The notes under the pieces were generated by a model, which had not been told where the DNA came from, did not search any database, and was given only the letters and a program-made list of their open reading frames with translations. Shown here one piece after another: positions 11,360-22,246 of a DNA stretch of 35,591 bases. The stretch spans positions 35,392,963 to 35,428,553 of the forward strand of contig NC_068999.1 of the NCBI RefSeq assembly GCF_001194135.2. Reading direction: 5' to 3'. Both the position numbers and the translations under genes were made by a program. The DNA comes from Octopus bimaculoides (lineage: Eukaryota). Every line of letters starts with the position of its first letter. Positions within the stretch are counted from its first letter, which is position 1.

Positions 11360-11493
11360 CATCCCGTCGAAATCAACTTAGTCTTTTTAGCTTTTTGGAT
11401 CGATAAAACAGAGCATCAATCAAGTACTATCATCAATGAAATCGATTTGTTCCTCCCCTCAAAATTACTGCCTTTGTGCCATAATTGAATCGA

Positions 11494-11538
<45 letters not shown>
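11360..11538 (+). mobile_element. SINE family A 3' half with (ATT)15 tail
   Basis: Diverged core (ggatcgataaaac..aatgaaatcgat..ttgtgccataattgaa) followed by (ATT)n 11494-11538. Confidence 0.6.
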
Positions 11539-12096
11539 GAGTGAGAGAGCAGTGCATGCCATCAAAGTGACACCGGGGTATAATATACGAAGTCCAGTAT
11601 ACCCATCATGACTACCCGTCTGATAAGGGTACACCAGGCACATGCATCACAACCATATGTACGCGACATGGTGATCTCATATCAAGATAAACAGCGCATG
11701 ACCTCGCAGGTGGGGACCAGTTAGAATTTTCATCAGGTCGAGTAGCCCATCCCGCTCAAAAGGCCCCTGAATAACGTTTGTTTAAGGATGTTGAGCAAAA
11801 CACCAATGTTTCCAAAGGTGAATTATTCAAACCGCAAAGAATTCCTCTCAGCACATGGCTATGATGCTTCCGCACTACTTCTGCTCATGATCAGAGATGC
11901 ACATATCGTCAGCCATAAGCAATGTGCTCAACCGGTTAAGGTCAAACAACTAACAAACAAATCTGTGGTATTAAGCAGAATATTTGCTGTAGCCCATCCT
12001 TTTATACCAAGAGAAAACAATGTACGTGGTAACAGTTCTAATCAATTAAGATCTGAAGCCATGAGAGCCACTGTCTGGTACTGCATCCGGGCATTT
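11539..12096. mobile_element. 558-bp non-coding interspersed element bounded by (ATT)n on both sides
   Basis: Sharp switch from (ATT)15 to complex sequence and back to (ATT)8(ATC)n. No credible protein. Recognised from memory as a common octopus repeat; not verified by search. Confidence 0.65.
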
Positions 12097-12198
12097 ATTA
12101 TTATTATTATTATTATTATTATCATCATCATCATCATCATCATGATCATCATCATCATTGTTATTATTATTATTTATAATGATAAAATGAGTTCCAAT

Positions 12199-12271
12199 TG
12201 AACACTGGGGTCGATGTCATCGACTAACCCCTACCCTCAAATTTTAGGCCTTGTGCCTTTAGTAGGAAGGA

Positions 12272-12320
<49 letters not shown>

Positions 12321-12325
12321 CATTT

Positions 12326-12365
<40 letters not shown>
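12199..12365 (+). mobile_element. SINE family A 3' fragment with (ATT)n(GTT)n tail
   Basis: ttgaacactggggtcgatgtcatcgact..ttttaggccttgtgcc followed by the microsatellite tail. Confidence 0.75.
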
Positions 12366-12366
<1 letters not shown>

Positions 12367-12869
12367 AACATTATCGTTGTTGTTTGTTGTGAATATTCAT
12401 TCAATAGTTATACCAGCATGTGTCAAAATTTCAAAAACGACGCAAAAAATACATACATACATACAGACACACAAACACATACATGCATACATACATGCAC
12501 ATACATTGGCGCCGTCAGTATCAGGAGTGCAGATGTAGAAGAAGTTTAAAAAGACAATTCTAAGCGTTTTCTTCCATAATCATGCTGGCTTCGCCAGCTC
12601 AGATCAATAACTGATTCATTTCTTTCTTTATAAATGAGAGAAACACCTTTTACTTACCAACGTAAGATACCTTAGTTATTTATTTTCATGATCATGGCTG
12701 ATATTGACAACAACAAAAACGACGACTACAACACTATAACAGATACCAACACAATCTTTACTACGATAACTGTAGGTTATTTAATAGTCGCTAAAGTTTT
12801 ATATTTAAATAGAAAATCTACTTTGGTGCTATGAAAACTCCCACTGGGGCAAAACTCAGCTAAACTTAA

Positions 12870-13490
12870 ACTGTTTCACTGCAAAACAGCTTCTGCAACG
12901 AGCATTTTGGTTTGGAAGATAAAAAAAAACATGACTATCGCTGATAGCAGTTCTTATTCTCGCTTCCGTGATGTTAATCGAACTCTCAAAGCACAGAACT
13001 ATTCAAACTCTGGCAAATAATACAATACCATCCGAAAATAAAACTGTTCTGGGATAAATATAGAGAATCTTCCTGTTATTGAACACATAGACATCAACAC
13101 AAACGATATTGATGAAACATTACCATCAAATCATGTATCAAGTGCAAAGATAACAAACTGGATATTGTTGTTTGGGGCAGAGAAGGAAAATATCATAGGG
13201 GTCAGTTCTCTTGGTGGTGTAAATATCTCTTTGAAAAATCAAAATGAAAGAGCATAGTTACGAGCAACTGCTTCGAAACCTTCAGATTTTATACCCAGAT
13301 TATAAATTCCCATATATACCAATGATAATTGGTGCTCTTGGTTTTTACTATTAAAGGTGAAGTGAAAATCTTGAAAAAGCTGGGATTTTCAGAAAAAGAA
13401 ATCAACCAGCCAACATGCACATTAAAAATAGACTGTGTAAGCGAAACAATCAGAATATACAAGACTTTTTCCAGCTCAACACGAGACATT
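12870..13490 (+). mobile_element. 3' coding end of an RLE-type non-LTR retrotransposon (R4/Dong/NeSL-like), decayed
   Basis: Frameshifted pieces KCKDNKLDIVVWGREGK (KPDIVVWD, PD-(D/E)xK endonuclease), VNISLK, YEQLLRNLQ, LYPDYKFPYIPMIIGALGF and LKKLGFSEKEINQ..TIRIYKTF. Confidence 0.75.
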
Positions 13491-13894
13491 GTTTTCGTTA
13501 ACTACATTCGAACAATATAGTATTGTATCCTTGTGAAAAAAACGCGTCCTTCCTTATGGGAAGAATTCAAATAATTAAAACTAGATGAGAACGCATATAT
13601 AACATGAACGTTGACAATTTACAACTCAGGCATTACGTATATTGTATATGTGTGTGTGTTTATGTATGCATATTACATACATTGAGAAAGGAGAAGATTG
13701 ACAGATGGATAGACAAATTGATTGGTTAATTGATTGATTGATTGATTGATTGATAGGCAGAGTCATATGTGTATGAATACATACACCCATCTGTATACAT
13801 ACAAATACATGTTCTTATGAGAGCTGAAGACATTTGTAGAATATTTTATGCCACAACGACAAAATAACTATAATAATGTTTATAATAATAATCC

Positions 13895-13992
13895 GTTCTA
13901 CTATAGGGACGAGACCTTGGGTCGATTACATCGACCCAAGTGCTTATTTCGTCGACCCTGGGAGGATGGCAGGCAGCAAATTTGGAGGAATG
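13895..13992 (-). mobile_element. SINE family A fragment
   Basis: gggtcgattacatcgacccaagtgcttatttcgtcgaccc. Confidence 0.65.
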
Positions 13993-13998
13993 AGGGTT

Positions 13999-14343
13999 GA
14001 GTCTATTACATCAACCCACAAGTTCTTAACTGGTAGTTATTCTATCCGTCTGTCTTGCTGAAGAAGTTACGGGGACGTAAACACACCAATACTGGTTGTC
14101 AGACGGTGAGTGTGGGGGATAAATATAAACACAAAGACACACACACACACACGTTTATATACATACATACACACACACACGAAAAGGCTTCTTACAGTTT
14201 CCATGTACCAAATCCACTCAGAAGGCTTTGGTCGGCCTGAGTCTATAGTAAAAGACAATTGCCGAGGTTGCCACACAGTGGGACTGAACCCAAAACTATG
14301 TGGTTTGGAAGCAAACTTCTCTCCCCACAGCCACGCCTGCGCC
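13999..14343 (-). mobile_element. tRNA-derived SINE, family B, near full length
   Basis: Head ggcgtggctgtgg..ggttcagtcccactgtgtggcaacctcggcaattgtctt (CORE-like ACCTTGGGCAAG variant), internal (TG/TA)n, then gtgtgtttacgtccccgtaact..gatagaataa module. Confidence 0.85.
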
Positions 14344-14344
14344 T

Positions 14345-14460
14345 ATTTTATCAACCCCTGAGGAATGAAGAAGAAAATAGTTCTCGACTGGATTTGAACT
14401 CCGAATGTAATGAATTACTCCATGGCATTTTTATCCGCTACTCTAGCGATTCCACCACGC
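14345..14460 (-). mobile_element. SINE family A 5' half, diverged
   Basis: tattttatcaacccc..ggatttgaactc..gattccaccacgc. Confidence 0.55.
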
Positions 14461-14689
14461 AATATACAGAATCAAAAAAGATCAACAACAGTATAAAAGA
14501 AAAATGAAAATTTTTGTAATCATAAATAAAGAAAACAAAACAAAAGATAATGAAATATAAAACAAAAAAATTGTATAACAAAACGATAGAAAACAAAAAG
14601 AATGGAGTGGAGGTGGGGGGAGGGAATGTATTGCGATGAGGGAATTCAATGATGGAGTTGTTATAGAGTCATATTATATAGATTTTGTG

Positions 14690-15061
14690 AACTGCAGTGG
14701 TGGCGGCGGCGGCGGCGGCGGCAGTGGTAATGGTGGTGATGGTGGTGGTGGTGATAGAGGTGATGGTGAAGTTGGTGACATGGTACTGGATGGGTGGAGG
14801 TCTGTGTGGAGGAAACGGTTTTCGTTCTGACGTTGAATGTAATCGTGATGGTTGCGTGGTTGATAGTGATGATTGCTGGGAAATGATGTAATTTGTGGTA
14901 TTGGGGAGGCAATGATGACGTTGGCTGAGGGGGGGGATGGTCAGTTTTAAAGGTGACGGTGGTGGTGGTGGTGGTGGTGGTGTTGGGGATGGCGATCATG
15001 GCGGCGGCGACATATGCACTGATGGAAGTCGCGGTTGTGATATTTCTGACGATGGTCGTTA

Positions 15062-15139
<78 letters not shown>

Positions 15140-15635
15140 TGGTAGTGGTAGTTAGAGTAGTAGCTTCGTTGTTATAGTTATGACGATTTTAATGGTCTGG
15201 TGACAGTATTAGTGGTAATGGTATTTGGTAGTCAGAATGGTGTTCAAGAATCTGTGGAGAAGCCTGCTGATGGCGATGGTAACGATGGTGGTGTGCTGAA
15301 TAAATTGTTGGCGGTAGTGGTGGTAGTGGTGGTCGTGGTGGTCGTCGTCATGGTCATGATGGAAATGGTGGTTCTGGTCGTGGGCGGGGTTGAAGGAATT
15401 AATGGTTCCGATAGTGGTGGTGGTAGTAGTGGTAATACTGAATGAATTGGTGGCGATGGTAGGGGTGGAGGTAGTAGTGGTGGTGTTACTGGTGGTGGTG
15501 GTGGTGATAGTAGTGGTGGGGAGTGGCGTCTATGGCATTCATAGTGGTTTTGTATTGATGGTAATAGTAGCAATAGTAGCAGCAGCAGCAGCAGCAGCAG
15601 CAGTAGCTGCAGTAGCAGTCGTAGTGGTGATTCGT
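14690..15635. repeat. Trinucleotide low-complexity tract (GGC/GGT/AGT/GCA)
   Basis: Direct reading, e.g. (AGT)n 15062-15151. Confidence 0.9.
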
Positions 15636-15723
15636 AAGTGGGTGTGCTTTCAGAATTGTGTTTATTATGGAATCAGGTTTGTCTCTGAGAACGGCGTGGA
15701 CTTAATGAACGTTTTCCAAAAGA

Positions 15724-16059
15724 CTAGAGGAACGTGCATTGTAGATATGGAAGTGTGAACAGCGAGGGGCCTCGCTGACTATGTGCTCGGTGGCGTTGCA
15801 CGCCTGCGGGAGAACACACGACTCTGACTTTCAGTCTATCATCGGTTGGGCATGAGCCGAAGATCATATTTAACATGGCTTTTCCTTCATGCTGTGGTGT
15901 AGAATAAAATGGCAATTCCATAGTCGACGTTTTCATGCGAATTTGATTAGGTTCGTTCAAGACTTGTTCAATAGCGGCAATGTCGTTTATATACTTAACG
16001 AATGTCCCCCGTTGTGCAAGACATGATTGTTGGTTTTTCGACCACAATGCCACACTAAG
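15724..16059 (-). other. Uninterrupted 111-codon reading frame in a unique-sequence island; function unknown
   Basis: Open from AG at 16061-16060 to TAG at 15724. Normal amino-acid composition. No family recognised. Confidence 0.25.
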
Positions 16060-16483
16060 CTACAGGCTGTAGTGTCTGATAGAGTTTTCTCTAGCCTTAA
16101 TAACAACACGCAAAGACAAAATTAATATGCTGCGGGCACTTCACCAAAGTGTGTATGTGTGTGCGAGAGAGAAAGAGAGAGAAAGAGAAAATGAAAGAGA
16201 CAGAGAGAGAACGAGAGAGAGACAGATAGAGCGAGAGAAGCAGAGACTATGTGCATACACATAAACACACATATACATTCATATATATATATTATTTATA
16301 TAAATATATACATACATACGTATGTATATGATATCATATAGATTATATATATATATATACATATACATATATGTAATATCATATATATGTATATATACAT
16401 ATATAAAGTAAGAGAGGGTGGAGGCATACATGTAATATATACACATATATATATAATTTACATATATGTAATATCATATCATG

Positions 16484-16524
<41 letters not shown>

Positions 16525-17010
16525 NNNNNNNNNNCACACACAAACACACACACACACACACACACACATGTATATATATATATACATGCATGTATATAAT
16601 ATACACACACACACATGCACATAATGTAATATACGATAATATAAAACCATATGTACAATTATGCATACAAACATACACGCAGAAATATATATAAACAAAC
16701 ATACGTGCACGTGCATATATACGAAGCTTTGATGTATTGACTATGTTACGTCATATATAATTTATCACCCCCACTACCCCCAACACCCATCTTTTTTTCT
16801 TTTTACACATTTATTTGCCATTCAAGCCCCCAACCCCTCCGTCACCAACACCCCTGACTTGTTTCGCTTGTTTGTTTTTCTTTGTAAAAGTTAAAAGAAA
16901 AAAGAATATTTTGAAGTCGTTGACACGGAATTGATGACAGTTTTAAGTTTGGAACTGAAATTCAAATTTATGTCTTTGACACTTTAAAGCAGGCAGGCAG
17001 ACAGACAGAT

Positions 17011-17044
<34 letters not shown>

Positions 17045-17087
17045 GCAGGCAGATACATTAATGATCATCGGGCGTTATTCGACTGAC

Positions 17088-17676
17088 AATGATGATGATG
17101 ATGATGATGATGAGGAGGAGGAGGAGGAGGAGGAGGAGGCGGATAATGGTGATGGTGATGGTGATGATGATGATGACGATGATGATGATGATGATGATGA
17201 TGGTTATGATGGTCATGATGATGATGATGATGATGATGATGATATAGAGGAAGAGAAGGAGGAGAAGAAGGAGAAGAAGAAGAAGAAGAAGAAGAAGAAG
17301 AAGAAGAAGAAGGGGAAGGGGAAGAGGAAGTGGTAGAGGACAGTGACAGCGACGGCGACGGTGATGGTGATGAAGAGGAAGAGAGGAGGAAGATGCTGAG
17401 GGCGATGATGCTGCTGATGATGAAGAAATGAAAGATGAAGATGATAATAATGATGATGACGTTGGAGGAGGAGGAGGAAGGCAACAGCGGAGACGACGGT
17501 GGTGTTGATGACAGTGTTGTTGATGAAGAAGAGGAGGAGGAAGAAACGAAAGAAGTGGGTGATAGGGATGATGATGATGATGATAATGATGATGACGGTG
17601 GCCGCTATGAGGAGGATGAGATGAAAAGGTGATGATGAGCTTGGGGTGAGGACACTGCTGTTACTGCTGCTGCTGG

Positions 17677-17723
<47 letters not shown>

Positions 17724-17742
17724 GTGATGATGATGGTGATGG

Positions 17743-17779
<37 letters not shown>

Positions 17780-17910
17780 CGTGAGGAGGAGGAAGAGGAG
17801 GATGCGGAGGAATGTGAAGAGGAGGAGGAAGGGGAGGAGGAAGGGGTGGAGGAAGAGGAGGAGGAAGAAGAAGACGAAGAGGAAGACGAAGACGAAGAGA
17901 AAGCCGAAAA
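17088..17910. repeat. Purine-rich trinucleotide mosaic (GAT/GAG/AAG)
   Basis: Direct reading. The D/E/K-rich frames are broken by stops. Confidence 0.9.
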
Positions 17911-18097
17911 GGAGGAATGTGAAGAGGAGGAATGTGAAGAGGAGGAATGTGAAGAGGAGGAATGTGAAGAGGAGGAATGTGAAGGGGAGGAATGTGAAGA
18001 GGAGGAATGTGAAGAGGAGGAATGTGAAGAGGAGGAATGTGAAGAGGAGGAATGTGAAGAGGTGGAGGAATGTGAAGAGGAGGAATGTGAAGAGGTG
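17909..18097 (+). repeat. 15-bp minisatellite (GAGGAGGAATGTGAA)n, resuming at 19386-19550
   Basis: About 12 near-perfect units before the gap. The same unit restarts at 19386. Confidence 0.95.
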
Positions 18098-18728
18098 NNN
18101 NNNNNNNNNNNNNNNNNNNNNNNNNNNNNNNNNNNNNNNNNNNNNNNNNNNNNNNNNNNNNNNNNNNNNNNNNNNNNNNNNNNNNNNNNNNNNNNNNNNN
18201 NNNNNNNNNNNNNNNNNNNNNNNNNNNNNNNNNNNNNNNNNNNNNNNNNNNNNNNNNNNNNNNNNNNNNNNNNNNNNNNNNNNNNNNNNNNNNNNNNNNN
18301 NNNNNNNNNNNNNNNNNNNNNNNNNNNNNNNNNNNNNNNNNNNNNNNNNNNNNNNNNNNNNNNNNNNNNNNNNNNNNNNNNNNNNNNNNNNNNNNNNNNN
18401 NNNNNNNNNNNNNNNNNNNNNNNNNNNNNNNNNNNNNNNNNNNNNNNNNNNNNNNNNNNNNNNNNNNNNNNNNNNNNNNNNNNNNNNNNNNNNNNNNNNN
18501 NNNNNNNNNNNNNNNNNNNNNNNNNNNNNNNNNNNNNNNNNNNNNNNNNNNNNNNNNNNNNNNNNNNNNNNNNNNNNNNNNNNNNNNNNNNNNNNNNNNN
18601 NNNNNNNNNNNNNNNNNNNNNNNNNNNNNNNNNNNNNNNNNNNNNNNNNNNNNNNNNNNNNNNNNNNNNNNNNNNNNNNNNNNNNNNNNNNNNNNNNNNN
18701 NNNNNNNNNNNNNNNNNNNNNNNNNNNT

Positions 18729-19026
18729 TTATTGAGCGAAAACACCTAAAGTTCCTCGAGGCTCCGGCAGGGGATGGTGGCGAACCCTGCTGTACTCTTT
18801 CGCCACAACTTTCTTTCACTTTACTTCCTGTTTTTGTTGTGCCTGTAATTCAAAGGGTCAGCCTTGTCACACTGTGTCACGCTGAATATCCCCGAGAACT
18901 ACGTTAAGGGTACACGTGTCTGTGGAGTGCTCAGCCACTTGCACGTTAATTTCATGAGCAGGCTGTTCCGTTGATCGGATCAACTGGAACCCTCGACGTC
19001 GTAAGCGACGGAGTGCCAACACACAC
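18729..19026 (+). mobile_element. SINE family C, 3' part (likely the continuation of the copy at 20159-20366)
   Basis: First 122 bp are identical to 20245-20366. Ends ..cgtaagcgacggagtgccaacacac. Confidence 0.9.
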
Positions 19027-19077
19027 ATAATGGTTTCATATTTTAGCACAACACCAGCAATGTTGAGTGAATGAGTG

Positions 19078-19212
19078 GGGAGTCGGGTACATTGATTCGA
19101 GATCTCAAATGATACTTATTTTATCGTCTTCGAAAGGAAGAAAGGCAAAGTCGGACGTCAATGGAATTTTAACTTATTTTTCCCGACACTTTAACAAACA
19201 ATTCTGCCAGCG
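19078..19212 (-). mobile_element. SINE family A fragment
   Basis: tacttattttatcgtcttcgaaaggaagaaaggcaaagtcg..ttctgccagcgc. Confidence 0.65.
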
Positions 19213-19375
19213 CAGGAGTGGCTGTGTGGTAAGTAGCTACCTTACCGATCACATGGTTCTGGTTCAGTCCCACTACGTGGCACCTTGGGCAATTGTCTTC
19301 TACTCGGGCCGACCAAAGCCTTGTGAGTGGATTTGGTAACGGAAACTGAAAGAAGCCCGTCATATATATGTATAT
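19213..19375 (+). mobile_element. SINE family B, 5' half
   Basis: aggagtggctgtgtggtaagtagc..gttcagtcccactacgtggcaccttgggcaa..aaactgaaagaagcccgtc then (TA)n at the gap. Confidence 0.9.
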
Positions 19376-20158
19376 NNNNNNNNNNGGTGGAGGAATGTGA
19401 AGAGGAGGAATGTGAAGAGGAGGAATGTGAAGAGGTGGAGGAATGTGAAGAGGAGGAAGAAGGGGAGAAGGAAGACGAGGAATGTGAGGAGGAGGAGGAA
19501 CACGAAGAGGAGGAAGACGAGGAATGTGAAGAGGAGGAGGAAGGGGAGAAGGGAGAGGATGAGGAAGGAGGCGGGGATAAAAGAAGAATGCGATGCTATT
19601 GACGACAACTCCCATGACGTTTTCAAAATGGTTGAGACGAACCGAGAATGTAGGAGTCTGATCAGTTAACTAAAGCAGTGAAGGTTGTTGCTTAAGAATT
19701 TGGCTTCTTTATCAAACAAGCATAAAAGATGGATTACCAAACGAAACACCCTGTGGCATTTACTTGTGCTACTACTCTACCTTCTGCGTTCAAATCCTTT
19801 CATACTTAAAGAATCGATCCCTATCTATCGGATAAGTCTTTCTAATCTCCTAAAATCATTGCGATTGATGCTCAACTTTTAACCTCATAAAAAGGTAAGG
19901 CAGGAAATAGTGAAGAGGGTTACTAATGTACTTGGCCGAGTCATTAAGACTTTTTAGACCTCACGATGAAAATTATAACTAGTGAATTAAGTAATCATTT
20001 ATCATAATTAGTCATGACTAATTCCGGGAAATGGGAGGGAAATAAGGAAGAAGCCCCGAGGTTTTAATTAAAATTAGCAAACATGCTCTGACCTCTGACC
20101 TGTAGGTGTGTTGTCTCCTCTCTCTTTGACTTTTCTATCATTACTATAATGGTTTCAT

Positions 20159-20366
20159 GGAGGCGCAATGGCCCAGTGGTTAGGGCAGCGGACTCGCGGT
20201 CGTAGGATCGTGGTTTCGATTCCCAGACCTGGCATTGTGAGTGTTTATTGAGCGAAAACACCTAAAGTTCCTCGAGGCTCCGGCAGGGGATGGTGGCGAA
20301 CCCTGCTGTACTCTTTCGCCACAACTTTCTTTCACTTTACTTCCTGTTTTTGTTGTGCCTGTAATT
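20159..20366 (+). mobile_element. tRNA-derived SINE family C, 5' part
   Basis: A box TGGCCCAGTGG and B box GTTTCGATTCC in a tRNA-like layout, continuing into a non-tRNA body homologous to 34074-34449. Confidence 0.9.
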
Positions 20367-21040
20367 NNNNNNNNNNNNNNNNNNNNNNNNNNNNNNNNNN
20401 NNNNNNNNNNNNNNNNNNNNNNNNNNNNNNNNNNNNNNNNNNNNNNNNNNNNNNNNNNNNNNNNNNNNNNNNNNNNNNNNNNNNNNNNNNNNNNNNNNNN
20501 NNNNNNNNNNNNNNNNNNNNNNNNNNNNNNNNNNNNNNNNNNNNNNNNNNNNNNNNNNNNNNNNNNNNNNNNNNNNNNNNNNNNNNNNNNNNNNNNNNNN
20601 NNNNNNNNNNNNNNNNNNNNNNNNNNNNNNNNNNNNNNNNNNNNNNNNNNNNNNNNNNNNNNNNNNNNNNNNNNNNNNNNNNNNNNNNNNNNNNNNNNNN
20701 NNNNNNNNNNNNNNNNNNNNNNNNNNNNNNNNNNNNNNNNNNNNNNNNNNNNNNNNNNNNNNNNNNNNNNNNNNNNNNNNNNNNNNNNNNNNNNNNNNNN
20801 NNNNNNNNNNNNNNNNNNNNNNNNNNNNNNNNNNNNNNNNNNNNNNNNNNNNNNNNNNNNNNNNNNNNNNNNNNNNNNNNNNNNNNNNNNNNNNNNNNNN
20901 NNNNNNNNNNNNNNNNNNNNNNNNNNNNNNNNNNNNNNNNNNNNNNNNNNNNNNNNNNNNNNNNNNNNNNNNNNNNNNNNNNNNNNNNNNNNNNNNNNNN
21001 NNNNNNNNNNNNNNNNNNNNNNNNNNNNNNNNNNNNNNNN

Positions 21041-21279
21041 GTGTATGTTTGTGTCTGTGTTTGTCCCCCGACTTCGCTTGACAACTGAAGCTGGTGTGTT
21101 TACGTCTCCGTAACTTAGCGGTTCGGCAAAAAGAGACCGATAGAATAAGTACTAGGCTTACAAAGAATAAGTCCTGGGGTCGATTTGCTCGACTAAAGAC
21201 GGTGCCCCAGCATGGCCGCAGTGAAATGACTGAAACAAGTAAAAGAGTAAAAGAGTAAATAAGTAAAAGAGTAAAAGAG
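21041..21279 (+). mobile_element. SINE family B, 3' half with (GTAAAAGA)n tail
   Basis: gtgtctgtgtttgtcccc..gtgtgtttacgtctccgtaacttagcgg..gatagaataagtactagg..ctggggtcgatttgctcgact..gaaacaagtaaaagagtaaaagag. Confidence 0.9.
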
Positions 21280-21650
21280 CTCGCCGTCTTTCTGTCGCAA
21301 CTATGACAATCTTTGCTCATCGGAGCCGACTGTTTCCGTAACTCTCGACCAAACCACGCACTAACTTCAAATTTCTTTCCTTCTTGCTTGTATCTTTCCT
21401 GCAATTGTTCGTTGTTGACCTGTAACTTTCAAAAACGTAACATTCATGGCATCAAGTTCTCTAGTCTCAGACGGCCTACAAAGTAGGCACTTGCCCTGCC
21501 TCCATATTCAGCAAGTTGAAAATTACTAAGCAAAGCAGTAGTGACTGACAACTCCTAACATGTTTAAGCATTATGAAACTTTATCAGCGAAGCACAGACT
21601 ATTGACTGGGCATGTGTATGTAGTTTCTTCATGAACGAATAAAGTGATTT

Positions 21651-21740
21651 TAGTACCAGTGAAACACTGGGGTCGATGTAATCGACTACTCCCCTCCCAC
21701 CAAATTTCAGGCCTTGTGCCTTTAGTCGTACGGATTATTT
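21651..21740 (+). mobile_element. SINE family A 3' fragment
   Basis: gtaccagtgaaacactggggtcgatgtaatcgact..tttcaggccttgtgcc. Confidence 0.75.
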
Positions 21741-22149
21741 AAAAGAATGAATACGAGACAAAGGCCAAGGTGTTCTGCTGTATGAAAAGTTAATAGTAAA
21801 GAGGCTGGTATAGAGAGCCAAGTTAATAGCAAATTTGTAACTGTAGGAAGCCTAGATATTTTAACTCATAAAATTAATGTCTTTAATAATGAAAGCAATC
21901 AATATCTAAATGACTAATTCTGGCATTAAAAAAACAAACTGTGAAACAGTGGAGAATGGAGATTATAATGTTTGACTCCACAGAGACAACTCTGGGCGTG
22001 TTTCTGCCTTATTCGATCTCATCGGTGAAGGAGGTGTAACTGAAGATAAAAAAAAAGACAGAAGCAAAAAGAATAATTGAAAAGGTGAAAGGGAGGGATG
22101 GAGAGAAGGAAAGTATGCGATGAAACAGCTAACATGATAGAGATGATTT

Positions 22150-22196
22150 GAGACAGGGTGATGAATGTGGTGGTGGAGGTCGTGGTTGTGGTGGTC

Positions 22197-22246
<50 letters not shown>

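Noticed and set aside
11620-11627. CTGATAAG resembling a hammerhead ribozyme core in the 558-bp element
   Set aside because: No correctly placed GAAA and stems II/III were found
15820-15930. Y..Q..K..NMI..C similarity to the TGF-beta C-terminus
   Set aside because: Lacks the CC and terminal CxC cystine-knot cysteines
17061-17632. Acidic/basic D-E-K-rich ORFs resembling nucleolar or prothymosin-like proteins
   Set aside because: Pure trinucleotide mosaics with frequent frame switches and stops, and no complex domain
17909-18097. CRISPR-like array
   Set aside because: Tandem repeat without unique spacers, in a eukaryotic context with no cas genes
20159-20232. tRNA gene
   Set aside because: No proper acceptor stem or Pol III terminator; it continues into a body repeated at 34 kb, so it is a SINE head
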